A DNA stretch of 63,239 nt, filler included, from Neoconidiobolus thromboides FSU 785 (lineage: Eukaryota; Fungi; Entomophthoromycota): assembly GCA_025603075.1 (NCBI GenBank). It is 7 parts of 7 records of this genome, joined end to end, with 100 filler letters (N's around TTAATTAATTAA, not from the genome) between each part and the next. Parts side by side here need not be neighbours in the genome. Positions count along the whole stretch, not along the records: positions 1 to 16,871 come from MU626586.1; 6 more parts are not named here. One strand, given 5' to 3'. A program made the translations under genes and the position numbers. Positions 1 to 13,185 of the stretch are shown here, piece after piece; positions within the stretch are counted from its first letter, which is position 1, and the number at the start of each line of letters is the position of its first letter. Under the pieces are notes generated by a model. The model saw nothing but the letters and a program-made list of their open reading frames with translations, was not told where the DNA came from and made no database searches.

Positions 1-617
1 TTTTCACGTAATTTAACCATGGTAATTTCATTCTGTGCTTTACCACTTTCAGCTTCTTGTAATTCAAGTTTAAGTTGTTCAATAGTAGCAGAATCAGTGG
101 AAGATTGTTGACCATCGGTTTCATTTTTCTTACGCTCTTCTTCAAGTTCTTTGATAGCATCAGTTAACTTTTGTTTATATTCTTTAAGTTCTTCATCAAC
201 TTTTTGAGTATCAATACCATTAACTTGACCTTTTTTGATTTCTTGTTTCAACTGTTTGATTTCCTCTTCTAATTTATTCTTTTCTTCGACAGTGAATTGA
301 ATTACTTCTTTTTGTAAATCTTCATTATTACCGTTTAAAAACTTACTTTCTTCTTCCTTTTTTTTCATTTCTTTTTCATATTTTTCTAAGGTTGCTTTAA
401 CTTGCTCATACTCCTTCTCTATCAACTCCTTTCTCTTTAAGTTTTCCTTTAACTTTTTTAACTCTTCTTGGGCTTCTTCAGCTAAAGCTTGACGCTGAAT
501 ACTTTGGGTACTTACACTATTCTTTTTAGCATAAGAGCTACTAGTTAAATAATAAACAAGGGGGGCAGTGATGGCTGAAGCAACAGCAGCAGTGGTGATA
601 TATTTTGAATTATCCAT
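1..617 (-). CDS. Partial N-anchored coiled-coil protein, copy A (runs off window start)
   Basis: Reverse complement of the ORF at 16255-16871; ATG at 615-617; short hydrophobic N-terminus then E/K-rich coiled coil. Confidence 0.75.
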   Translation of the reverse strand, partial: MDNSKYITTAAVASAITAPLVYYLTSSSYAKKNSVSTQSIQRQALAEEAQEELKKLKENLKRKELIEKEYEQVKATLEKYEKEMKKKEEESKFLNGNNEDLQKEVIQFTVEEKNKLEEEIKQLKQEIKKGQVNGIDTQKVDEELKEYKQKLTDAIKELEEERKKNETDGQQSSTDSATIEQLKLELQEAESGKAQNEITMVKLRE

Positions 618-691
618 CTTTTAACTAAATGAATTAATTCAACCGTTACATGAAATTATTTTAGTTACCTCTTGATATAGATTCTACTCTA
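1..691. repeat. Left arm of 691-bp inverted repeat
   Basis: No mismatch seen by eye against the reverse complement of 16181-16871; identity ends abruptly at 691/16181. Confidence 0.95.
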
Positions 692-874
692 TTATTCAAA
701 TTATAATCTTTGAAGAAATAATGACTAATTTTCAAACTTTTTTATCATCTATTTTTACCTATGGTTTCGATATGATTTGTTCAATTTTAATGACGTCAAA
801 GGGTGTAATTCCTATTGGTTCTTCGTTTTATGGGATCATTTCTATGTAATTACTCGGTCCGATTCTTAATAAAT

Positions 875-971
875 GGGGATGTATTCTTTGTTTAAGGATT
901 CTACTAACAATTTTTCCGCTCAAATAGCGTTTAAAAATGGAAAAAGTAATGAAATCAAAAAAGGCATCTCC
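875..971 (+). mobile_element. ~98-bp MITE copy
   Basis: GGGGATGT...CATCTCC termini; AAAT direct repeat on both flanks. Confidence 0.85.
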
Positions 972-1161
972 AAATGTTGTATTTGTTAATGACCATTTTA
1001 TTTATTAACTATCGTTTTTTTGACTTTAGCAGAAAAATAACAATTTTGTAGAGTTAAATTAAAATAACATAGTACTATTAAATATTGAAAAAATATGCAA
1101 AAAATATGCAAAGAATATAGAATTTATAAAAAAACAAATATTAAAACTATAAATAGTATAT

Positions 1162-1258
1162 GGGGATGTATTCTTTTGCTCGAGAATTTCATCAACAATT
1201 TTTCCACCCAAATAGTGCTTAAGAATGGAAAAAGTAATGAAGCCAAAAAAACATCCCC
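1162..1258 (+). mobile_element. MITE copy
   Basis: Full TIRs, ATAT on both flanks. Confidence 0.85.
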
Positions 1259-1420
1259 ATATGTATAATAAACATATTTATTGTTAAAGAATATTATACT
1301 GTGTATTAAAAGCTTTTTTGCTTGTGGTCTTACTTTTGTGTAGAATCAACTATATATTTAGTTTTTGTAGGAGTTATTACTATTGAATATTGTATCCTTC
1401 TCCATCGGAAAAAAAGATAT

Positions 1421-1517
1421 GAGAGTGTTTTTTTTGGCTTCATTACTTTTTCCATTCTTAAGCACTATTTGGGTGGAAAAATTGTTAGTGAAATTCTTAA
1501 ACAAAGAATACATCCCC
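1421..1517 (-). mobile_element. MITE copy (inverted relative to 1162-1258)
   Basis: Reverse-orientation match to consensus; accounts for most of the spurious ORF 1322-1543. Confidence 0.85.
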
Positions 1518-1837
1518 ATACTTTTTTTTATCATGAAGTTTGAATAGCTTTAAAAAAATTAAAGTTAAAAAAGTTTATAACTTAATTTATTGATTAGATT
1601 TAAAAGTTATTAAATATAGTAGCAGCAATAAATCTATAATCATTAATTTTAATATAGCATCTGCAAGTATCCTATTATACATACAGGGGTGTTTTTTTTG
1701 ATTTTATCACTTTTTCCATTTTTTAAATGCTACTTGAGTGCAAAGATCATTGATTTTATTATTTTGATGATTAATGTCCAACTTTATAATATTTGTTGGT
1801 TTTAAGTTTTTATTAGATTATGCTTAATTTAGTATAT

Positions 1838-1935
1838 GGGGATGTATTTTTGTGTTTAAGAATTTTACTAGCAATTTTTCCACTCAAATAGCGTTCAAAA
1901 ATGGAAAAAGTAATGAAATCAAAAAAAACATCCCC
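1838..1935 (+). mobile_element. MITE copy, near consensus
   Basis: ATAT|GGGGATGT...ACATCCCC|ATAT. Confidence 0.9.
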
Positions 1936-2640
1936 ATATATTATATTGCTATTAGGTTATTAAATTTTGACATTTTGGGTTACAAATCCAAAAATGCTGG
2001 TTTTTGGTAGTTGTTAATTGTTGTTTACATTACTTCAAAAATTAAACAAAATTAAAAATTGAAATTCAAAAACTAAAAATGGAAAAAAAGTAGTAAATAT
2101 TTAGAACTGAACTTTACTTCACCTGATAACCAATATTATTTTAATTGAAGAAAGACTATACTAATAAGCTTTATCTAACAAAGTTATATAAAATGATAAA
2201 ACAAGTATACATGGCAAAATTTGAATACTGTTGATAATGAAAAAAGCTTAATTTCAAAGAAAATAGAAATTTATGACAATTATTTAGATTGAGTAGTAGA
2301 TGGAGGTGTTTTTTTGGTTTCATCACTTTTTCCATTTTTTGAGCGCTGTTTGAGTGGAAAAATAGTTAGTAAAATTGTTAAACAAAAAATACATCCTCGG
2401 GTAATGACTCCCATAAAACATCCCACGTAACGGTTGTTGAATTTGAACTACTAATTTGATTTCAATTGTTACAATTGGAACAATCGATAGTAAAATAGCA
2501 AAGTTCTTATTTGAACCAAAATAAGGATAAGTAAATAACGTAAAATAAATATAACGACTAACTTTATTAATATAGTTTAAAATAAAAAAACTTTAATTCA
2601 AGATAAGGAAAAAGGATATCAAAAAAAGTAGTAATTTTTT

Positions 2641-3780
2641 TTATAAAAAATACTTTTCCCAACCATTAGTTGGTGATTTAGCTTCTGGCCATCCTAAAGG
2701 TAAAGAATTACCTTTTTTACTATAGGTTAAATATTTATCCCATTTAGTTCTATTTTGGACTTGTTAATTTGTAACTATAAATTTATTGAAATTTTACCTT
2801 GTTTTAATTAATGATGGAATATCTTTATTACTTGACTTATAGTACTCTGTACACAACGTATTGTAATCTATTCGTTTTTTATCATTATCATCAGCCTTGA
2901 TTATATCTGATTTAAGAGTGGTATCCTCCTCAGTTTCATCCTTTTTATAATTTGTTAAATTCTCGGCTTCATTTTTAATTTTATCAAAAAATGCGTTATC
3001 ATCTTCGCTATTATTTTCAGTGTATTGCCCTAGCTTTATTAACTTTTGCTTTCTTAATCTTTTAATTTGATTTAATTGACTTAACATCTTTTTTAACTCT
3101 GCTATTTTAGCTTGTTTCTGTTTAATCTTTCTCAGTTCAAGAGTTTGATTCCTATGTTCTTCCAGTTGCTTTGTCATCATTTAATAAAATCAAGAAAAAT
3201 AAAATAATAAAATTACTTTTTTTTCAATTTCTTGTTTTTGTTTCCAATTTAATTGCCAAGCATCTATCTTTTTTTCTTTTTCGATTTGAGCTTCCTTTTC
3301 TTTTTCTTTCTTATTTTGTTTCCAACGCTTTTTATTCATTTAGATCAATACAAATAAATTAAAATTAACACAAAGTTACCTTTTTTCTTTCCAATTTATT
3401 AATTTTGTGAAAATATTTGGTTTTAAAACTAGTAAACTCATCGGTTTTAAATTGAAACTCCTAAATCGTTAACTGAATCAAATCTTTAATTATTAAATAA
3501 ATAAAAGTTTAATTACCTTTCTTAGTTGGTCTCCATTACCAAACTCAAAATTAGTACTCTTTTTTAATGTTAAATACGTTTCATATTTTCTTCTTGAAGT
3601 TAATAAATCAATCAACTTAGTTTTAAGTACTTGGAACTTATTTTCTGGTTGTGGTTTGGTTATAACAGTAATATGATTTATTGTATCATTTTGATTTTGA
3701 TTATTAACAACATTTTCATTTACACTTTTCGTTATAAAATTGAGTTGATTTTGCTTATATGGATTAAAAGTGGAATGCAT
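2641..3780 (-). CDS. PDCD7: PDCD7 / U11-59K minor-spliceosome protein homolog (about 5 exons)
   Basis: Spliced by eye: ...LERKKRWKQNKKEKEKEAQIEKEKKIDAWQLNW...LKKMLSQLNQIKRLRKQK...EYYKSSNKDIPSLIKTR/TKWDKYLTYSKKGNSLPLGWPEAKSPTNGWEKYFL*. This matches the PDCD7 C-terminal pattern as recalled (YY..A.HSLPALIQIR..WDQYL...KGNFVP.GW). Last intron 2750-2797. Confidence 0.8.
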
Positions 3781-3848
3781 TTTAAACAAAGAATAAAAAA
3801 ATAAGAAAATGAATTAAATTTTTATTATTTTATCATTTTGAAAAAAAA

Positions 3849-6800
3849 ATGAAACAAGCTAAACCAACAATTATACAAATCTTTCAAGATGCTCAAAAAA
3901 AGGGTAATAATGAACGTCGAAGTATAATACAATTAAAGAATTTATATGACTTATCAATCAAAGAACAAAAACAAGAAGAATTTTATGAGCAATTGTATCA
4001 ATTATTAAATAAAGTGATTACATTGAAAAAGAAAGAAATAATCGTTGATAGGATCATTAGTTTTTTATATAAATTTTTAACTTTTTTACAAGAAAAAGAA
4101 GATAAAGTGATTGATTTAGAAGATAGTATTGATTCAATCGCTGATTTACAACCTTCCAATGATTTACCAAACAAATTACTGGCCTATTATTTAAACGGTA
4201 TTCATGCAAAAGAAAAATTGGTAAGATTTCGTTGTGCTCAATTAGTCGCTATTTCAATTCATCATTTACGTTCTATTGAGTAAGATTTTTATTTCATAAT
4301 ATTTTAATAAGTTTAATGGTTTTTATAGTGAAGAAATATTTTCAGAATTAAAAATTCAATTATTAAAAAGATCTCAAGATAAAGAAAGCAACGTAAGAGT
4401 ACAAGTAGCTATTGCTTTATCTGGTTTACAAGTAATATTTCAATTAACACTAGCGTTATATTTATTTATTTAATTTGAAAGGATGAAAGTGATATTGATA
4501 ATTATAATCAAATCATTAACCGATTAATAGAAATGTTATCAAAAGATCCATCAAAGTAAATATAGAAAATAATTTATTAGAATTAATGTTGACATTAACA
4601 AATAGTGATGTAAGAAGAACTGTATTAAGTAATATATTAGTGAATGCACTTACACTACCACATATATTGGAAAGAAGTAAAGATGTAGATAAAAGTATTC
4701 GGAAATTATTATTTGAAAAAGTAATGGTAGATTTGGGTGGCTTTAAAAGTTTATCAATTGAACAAAGAGAATTTTTATTAAAAAATGGGTTTTCGGATAG
4801 GTAAAATTAGAGTGATTATTAAAATAGTATTGTTGTATTAAATAATTAAATAGAGAAAAAGAAGTTAAACAAGCATGTACAGAATTAGTTACTAAAATTT
4901 GGTTACCAACGGTTGGGTCTGATTTAATTGAAGTAAATTTATTTATAAAATGAAATAAAATGATTTAATATTGTTATTTAGTTATTAGAAAAGCTAGATG
5001 TAATTCATTCCGATGTAGCAGAAATGACATTAATTGCTTTTTTTGATACTCATAAAAGTGAATTTATGAAATTCAATTTACCTGGTAGATATTTGTATTA
5101 TTAATTGCATTAATATTTAGTAATATTATATAGCTGAATTTTGGGCTACCTTAAGTACAGAAAGTGCATTTTTAGCTCGAGTTGTAATTGAATATGCTCA
5201 TGATAATAATGTAAGTGTATTATTAAAATGGTAATAAATGTAATAATAATAATAATAATAATTAGCATAACACAAAAATGGAACAAATGATACCAAATGC
5301 AAGTGAGTTAGCTCAAATAATTCAAGAATATTCCAATGTTTTAGTTGAAATGGGTGAAAACGAAGATGATGAAGATAATTCAAATGATTCATTAGAATTT
5401 ATATTATTACAATTATTAAAAATATGTTATTTATTGGATTTTGGAGATGAAGTTGGTAGAAGAAAAATATTTTCAATTTTGAGTAAATTTATATTATTAT
5501 TTTTATTATTAATATTAATCTTTTTACTTTTATTCTATCTTAAAATAGGAAATTTATTTTGTATACTTGATGCTAATGATTCAATTGTTAATTTACTAGT
5601 CAAAATTATTAAAAAACTATCAATTGATGAATTGGATTTTGTTAGGTAAAAAAAGTTCAAGATTCAAAACTCAAAAGAAATTTATAAATTTTGTATTAAC
5701 ATCATTTTAGAACTATGATCGAAATTGTTTCCGATATTCAAGAAAGTTTAAATGAAAACGAAAGAGAAGTAAGCTATTTGCTTATTAATAATAATTGCTA
5801 TATATAATAATATTATTATAACTTTTTTTTAGCTCACATTAGATCAAGTTGAATTAGAAATTGAAAATGAAGAATTAAGTGAAAATGTTAAAAAAGAACA
5901 TAATAATTATTTAATCGTTATTCATAAATCGATACTTACTTTAAAATTCGTATTACAATTATGTGAATTGGTAAGAATAATAGTGTTATAAAATAATAAT
6001 TCTTTTTTATTATTATTAAATTAGGATTTTAAAAAAAATTCGGTTTGGTCTGGATTATTAAGTGATTTTATTAAACCAGCATCAAAATGTGGTATTGATG
6101 TAATTCATGATATTGGTTTACAATGTTTAGCTTTATGTTGTGTTTTAGATAAAGTAAATTATTATTATTATTTTATCTTATTTTATTTTATTTTATTTAA
6201 TATAGGATATGGCAGAAAATAATTTCAATTTATTTTTACATAATTGTAATTTGTATGATGATGGTGATAATCATGCGCTTCGTATTTATTCATTACAAGT
6301 AATTTAATAATAGTTTAATAATTTAATAATAATCTTTCTTTTGTAGACTATCTTTGATCTTATTATCATTTATGGATTAACACCTTCATTTAATATTAAT
6401 GTAATATTATTTTATAATTGTATTATTTATAAAATAATTAATAACATCGATTTAGATTAAAAAAGTATATAACTTTTTCAAAGCATGTTTAAAAGATGAT
6501 GATTCAGAATATTTATCTGTTTCTGTATTAGGTTTATGTAAACTTTATTTGTTAGGTTTGTTAGATGATCAAGAGGTAATCGATTTAATACAATAATTAA
6601 TTATAATATGATAACCAGTTGTAATATTTATTTTTTATAATAGATATTAGCAAGGATGATTCAACTGTATTTTATACCAACCACTCAAGAAAATATTAAA
6701 TTGCGTCAAAGTTTGCAATATTTTTTAGAAGTTTATTCTAAATTAAACTTGAAATTTCAATTAACTATGTCCCAAGTAATTTATTATTATTATTATTATT

Positions 6801-8270
6801 GAATTTTATTTTATTTATTTTATTAGGTTTTTACAAGTACACTAATAAGGATGATTGATTCTTATAAACAATTTAGTAATCAATATACGATGGTTACTCC
6901 TATCCAAGTAGGTATTCAATTGGCTGATTGGACAGATCCTAAAAAAATGATGTAACATAATATAAACAATAGTTATTATTGATAAATTATTTATTAATGT
7001 TATTAATATTAGGGGTGAAAAAGACGATGAAACTATAACCAATGATATTCATTTAAATACAAGTATCGAATTATTTAAATTAGCCTATTCAAAAAATGAT
7101 GGTAGATTAAAACAACAATAATAATAATAATAGCATATTAATAATTATTAGGAGAACGTAAAATTATATTACAAGTATTAAACAAATTAAATATAGAAAG
7201 TATGAAGAATCCAAAAGAACTTCAAATATTATATTATCTAATTGAAAATTATAGAGAAGTAAGAAGTAATATTTTTAATAATAATAATATATTAACTTAT
7301 AAATTAGATATGTGGATTCCCAGATTTAATATCAAGAAATAATTTTATAAAATTTGAAGAAAAAATACAGCAGCAAATGCAACAATTAGATTTAGAATTT
7401 AATTCGAATGCTTTAATTTCAAATCAACAGAATGAGATAGATTTCAAAAACATAATTCAATTTTTAAATCATTTTAAACCTGAAAATGAAGCTGATTTTA
7501 ATGAAAAGAGTCAATCATCAATTAATAGAAGTTTTAATAAAAGTAATAGATCCTTTGGAAATATCAGTAATATTAGTAAACAAAATATTGATATTAATGA
7601 TAATGATAATGAGGATGTAGAGAATGGGAAGGAAGACAAAGGTAATATTATTTATTGCATTTTTATTAGTTTAATTAATTGTAATTTATTAGATAATGAA
7701 TTAAGATTAAATGATATTTTATCACCCTTAAAATTGGATATTAAAGATTTAAATCAAGAGAATAATGATAATAGTAATAGTAATAATAAGAGTTAATAAT
7801 ATATTTTGTATTGATATTAATATCAATTCCAACTTTTTAGATAATAATTTAGAATCAACTAGAATACTATCTTCTATGGGATCTGATGATGATGGGGACT
7901 TAAATAATATTGATAATGAAGATATAGATAAAGAAGATGAAGATAATAGTAATAATATTAAATATATTTTAAATAGAATACTAATAATAACTAGATAATA
8001 AATCCATATTAAATAAAAGTCAATTACTTTTCTTATCGGATAATGAAGACATAAATAATACTAGTAGTAAGAGTATAAATAAAAAGAATAATAATGATAA
8101 GAGTAGTAATGACTTAATAATTATATATTATTAATAGTATTAATAATATATTTTTTTTAGATAATAAATCAATAAATAAAATTCGTTCCCCTTCCCTATC
8201 AGATGAAGAATTAATCAGTTTTAAATCAAAGGTACCTAAATTAGATTTATCTTCTTCTGATATAGAATAA
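3849..8270 (+). CDS. YCG1: Condensin subunit CAP-G (Ycg1/Cnd3), HEAT repeats, about 20+ short introns
   Basis: IIQIFQDAQK, GIHAKEKLVRFRCAQLVA, VRRTVLSNI...TLPHILERSKDVDKSIRK, DFGDEVGRRK, LRQSLQYFLEVY; acidic low-complexity C-terminus. Exon boundaries approximate. Confidence 0.9.
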
Positions 8271-8334
8271 TTTAATTTGAAATAAAACTAAATAATTATT
8301 GTTTTCATATTTTATATTTTATATTGTGTTTTAT

Positions 8335-8914
8335 TTATTTTTCATCTTCTGAATCCGTTGATTCATAATTGATTAATTTCGGTAATTCAATGATAATATC
8401 TTCGACATTACCTAAAAATAAATAAATTAATCTTTTTCAAAAAAAGTAATATTCAATTTTACCATCAATAATTCTAGCTAAAAATACTTGTTCATTATCT
8501 AAAATATTATAATAACTCCAAGTTTTATCTTCTTGTAATAGCAACCATTCTACTTGTTCTGTACCATCATTTTCTTGTTTTTTATAAAGATTAAACTTCC
8601 ATTCAATTTCTCTATCCCTTTCATTTCCATTCTCAATACCATTATTATCCTCCAACGATATTTCTTCTGAATGTTGTAAAGATTGATCTTTTTCAATACT
8701 AAATTTTAACATAGTATTTAAATGTAATTTACTATTTAATATAGTTTCCGATACATTGGTTAAAAGGTAATAAATCTTTTTTTTATAATGAACTTTTAAT
8801 GTGATATTACCTTGACCAAGGGAGCCTATGTTCTATTGTTTAAAAAACAATATTAATATCTTATATTTTATAATAATTTAAAAATGTGAAAAATTTTACT
8901 TGTTGGTCATTCAT
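8335..8914 (-). CDS. Hypothetical protein, 3 exons (weak PH/RanBD-like pattern)
   Basis: MNDQQ/NIGSLGQGNITLKVHYKKKIYYLL...FLARIIDG/NVEDIIIELPKLINYESTDSEDEK*; both introns are GT-AG and preserve the frame. Confidence 0.6.
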
Positions 8915-9926
8915 TTGAGTTATGTTTGAATTAATATTAAAAATGTATAAAATAAACTGATTAAAAAAACTCAACTAAATCTCAAAGTGAATTTTATTTG
9001 ATGATGTTTAATTTTTTAACAAAACTAAGTTTATTATAAATAACTTGCCTTTTTTATTGGTTTAAAGAAAACCGATATATTATGGAGAAATATCCCAAGA
9101 CATAATTAAGGAATTTTTGGGTTGATCTTCGATTTTAATCGAGAATGATTCATAGTGATAGTCCAGGTATTAGGCCACTTAAGCTGAGATCTGGTAAGCT
9201 TATAAGTAAATATAATGATATATTAAGATATTATAGTAATAAACTAGTATGTTAATATGAAGTGTTAATATGAGGATAAGTTGAGAAAGTGTGTCGAAAA
9301 GTAAGTAAGTTAATATGGAACAATTAAAATACATCAATCTATTTATTTAGAATACAGATACAATAATAAGGTATTGATAATTGAACAAGGATTAAGGTAA
9401 GAGAAGTTAGTGATATTTGTGCTAATTTTTATATTATTAGGATCAAGGTCAAAAAGAAATCAAAAGATGAGTGAACAAAGACAATTAAACCACAATAACG
9501 AAAAAAAATTAAATAAAACGATGTTAATAGGATTGTTTTAATATTTAATATTTAATATTTAATATTTAATATATCAATTAGAATACTTTATAAACATTGA
9601 CTTCGGGTGGGTTTTGATTAAAATAAAGTTTGTATTTGTATCCCTTAATTTTTAATTTTAATCTTTGTAATTTTAAATCCTTTGTTTTAAAACTTATTTA
9701 TGTAATTTAAATAAAATAGTCTAAATAAAATATATTAAATAAATATGTTGAGTGTAATAGAATAAGATATCAATCATTTAAACTTAGAAATGAAAATGGC
9801 TTTAAATAGACTTTCAATAATAATAATAACAATTTATATATTATAATGTTAATTCTAGAACAGCTAAAATTATTACTAACTGGTAATAATTTTAACATTG
9901 AAAATCTAGCTATTGACACAATATTT

Positions 9927-10022
9927 AGGAATGTTTTTTTATTTCATCACTTTTTCCATCTTTTAAGCACTATTTGAGCAGAAAGATTGTTAATAAGATT
10001 TTTAAATAAAAAATACATTCCT
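9927..10022 (-). mobile_element. MITE copy
   Basis: ATTT direct repeat on both flanks. Confidence 0.8.
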
Positions 10023-10601
10023 ATTTTATTAATTTATTTTTCGTTATAATGAATTTTACAAAATAGAATGAAAATGAAAGATTCTTTAAAATCAAGTTTT
10101 GATAGTAATTTACTCATTTATCAATAATTTCAATCTTCATCTCAATCTAATAATAAATGAATTAATAATATTCCAATTCTAACTTGAATGATTTTCAATA
10201 GAAATCAAAAATCATTGAAATAAAATTAACATTTAAAAGATAGTTATAAAGCATGTTTTGTAATGAAAAATACAAAATAAAAAGTTTTAAACATTAATTC
10301 ATAAAATTTGTTTTTATTGTTTAAGAGAGTGAATTTTAATTGAAAATAAGTTAAAATGTCTATTTTATAGAAAGTTATAGAAAAGTTTATAATTTGAATA
10401 ATTAGGTTAAATGTTAGTTATTTGATTATTTTTGAAATTTTTTATATTGTATTTTTTATTTTATAATAAAAGTTGTGTTTTTTATTGTAATTAAATTTAA
10501 TTAATTAATTTATTTAAAATTAATCTTGTTAATATTATCTAATAAAATATCAGAATCTTTAAATATTTTAAAAACTTAAAAGTCGATTTATTTCGGAACA
10601 T

Positions 10602-11977
10602 TTATTGTTGAATTTCACTACCAATTTTATAAGAAAAGATCTAAATTAGATTAAATAAATAAGTAACATATTATTATATTCTATTATAATAAAAATAAAA
10701 TAATAACTTACTTGAGACCAATCAATTTTACTACGAGTAATAGGTAAATTTCTTCTTAAACCTTTAAAAGCATTTTGATTTAAATTTAAATAACCTTCAT
10801 TTAGTGCTAATTGATATTCTTGTTCTTTAGTTGCTATTTTATCAACAATCATCTTAGATAAAATTTCAAAGTTATTCTATAAAATTAAGTTAAATTAAAT
10901 TAATCCCCTTTTGACTAGAATTCAATGTAAATGAACAAATGAACTACTTACTTTTTGTGTTTCATTAACTTCTATCTTAACATCAAATTCTTTATTTGAA
11001 TGAAGTTGGACATTTCCTTCTTCATAATAATGAACTGTACCTGAAATACTACCTTTTAGTTCATTATTTGATACATCATATTTCCATTCGCTTTTTAAGC
11101 GTCCATTCCTATATAAAAATTAAGATTGAATTTAATAAAATTATTAAATTGAAGTTACCAATAATTTTTTTGACTTAATTTTAGACCAAAAATAACAAAA
11201 ATAAATTGTCCATCTTGATAATAGACCATACTATCGCCATTGGGATAATGTTGTTGTTGATAAATATTTAATTGTAACGAAAATTGAGTTCTATTTTTTG
11301 TAGTAATAATATTAAGTTTCCTCTGTTTAATTTGTTTAATTAAATAGTTTACCTCAACTCTTCATTTTCTTCATTATGAAGATAATTTGTTTCAATAACT
11401 TCTACTTTCTATATATAAAAATGATACATTAATATTATATACTATTTTATTAAAAATCTCCATTACCTGAGTCACTGGTTCTAAATTAAATTTAATCTTC
11501 AGTTTAGGACAATAATAAGTATCTTCTCCTAAGTGATTATATTTGGTAACAATAGTCTATAGTTGAAAAAATCAAAATCATTATCTGTTCTTCTAAAAAT
11601 TTAACAATTAAAACTTACTTTATCATTATTATTAACTTCCACGACTAAATAATTTTGTTGAATATATAATTTTAATTTATTAATAATGAATGGTTCAAAT
11701 AATTCTTCCTCTTCCTCTTTAAAAAAGCCAGTAATGTCTAGTAAATTTTAATAAATTTTAATTTTCGAAACTATTATCATTGTTTTATTTTTTTCAAATT
11801 TCAATTCTTCTTACCTCGAATAACATCATTAATTTCCCCTGGTGGTGCATCTAATAAAAAATTTGATGCTAATTCAAAGCGTTCATTTAGGCTTAATTCT
11901 TCATATTCACTTCCTTGTTCTACTTGCTCCATTTGCTCAATTTGTTCATTTTGCTCAACTGGTTCAATTTGTTCCAT
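10602..11977 (-). CDS. CAP1: F-actin capping protein alpha subunit, multi-exon
   Basis: [65 protein letters not shown] are CAPZA hallmark motifs. Confidence 0.93.
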
Positions 11978-12124
11978 CTTTTAATTTTAGTTTTAAAGTG
12001 ATAAAAATTGATTTCGTCTTCTTAATTTTTAAAAAGTGCCCATCTTTTGGATTAAACCAATTAAAAACAAATAGATAAACAATGTCTTATTAAATTTTCT
12101 AAAAAAAAGTGAAAAACCTACAAA

Positions 12125-12196
12125 AGGTCCCACCGAGAATCGAACTCGGATTACAAGGATCAAAACCTTGGGTGCTAACCATTACACCATGGAACC
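12125..12196 (-). tRNA. tRNA-Gln(TTG)
   Basis: Cloverleaf GGTTCCA...TGGGACCT; anticodon arm CAAGG-TTTTGAT-CCTTG; TTCGA T-loop. Confidence 0.95.
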
Positions 12197-12449
12197 ATAT
12201 TTATTAAGATTTTTATTGTTTATATCGAGTTTATTTTACAGGATCTTTGAGAAAAATTAATAGATTTTATAAAATATTAAATTAGTTTCAAAAACCAACT
12301 TATATTATAGAAGCAAAGTAGGTCATAACAGCAATATTTTTTTTATAATTAAATTTAAACTTTAAATATCTTTAAAGTAGTAACAATAATGAAAACAATA
12401 ATATGAAACATAAAATATTTTATTTTATATTTTATATTTTATATATTTT

Positions 12450-13115
12450 TTATCTCAACTCTACATTCAATTTATCTTCAATAACGGAGCGTATTTTTTC
12501 TTGAATGGAATTAATTTCTTCATTGGTAACATTTCTATTAAATAAAAAAATAATAAATATATAATATATATAATAAATAAATAAATAATATAATATAATA
12601 TAAATATATATAATATATATAATATTACCTATCCATTGAACGATAAATAATTCTATAGCATTTGCTTTCTCTATTTGTTTTTGGATGTTTGAAACTGTCA
12701 ATCTAAAAATTATAAAAATAAAAATAATTATAAATACATTATAATACAATAAATAGTAAAGTATAATAAAATATAATAAACCTACCAATTCTACAGACTC
12801 TACTAAATCTCCAGCAATTTCTCTAACTAAATCTGAAAAATCATTTTCTTCAAATTGATTATTAATCCAAAATGTAATATCTTTAATGCAAGGTGGTAAT
12901 TTGGAAAATGGCTGAAATTGAATTGAATCGTTTAAGCTCTTGTTTTTAAACTGATTTAAGAATCTAGAATCTTCACTCCAAAATAATCTTATATCTTGAA
13001 TATTATATAATACCATGCTTAATCTTTCAATTCCAAATCCACTAGCCCAGCCTATTTCATTTTTACGTTCTAATATAATAATATTAATTAATATTAATTA
13101 ATATCAATTAGTATA

Positions 13116-13185
<70 letters not shown>

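Noticed and set aside
1392-1399. GTATCCTT U12-type donor motif (also near 26250)
   Set aside because: Not inside any supported gene and no branch site linked to it.
9080-9480. Possible snRNA/snoRNA (AATTTTTGG Sm-like site, hairpin, ATGATT...CTGA) or a micro-exon gene with several GTAAG donors
   Set aside because: Terminal/K-turn stems do not pair and I could not build a consistent spliced frame. An Infernal/Rfam scan and RNA-seq would settle it.
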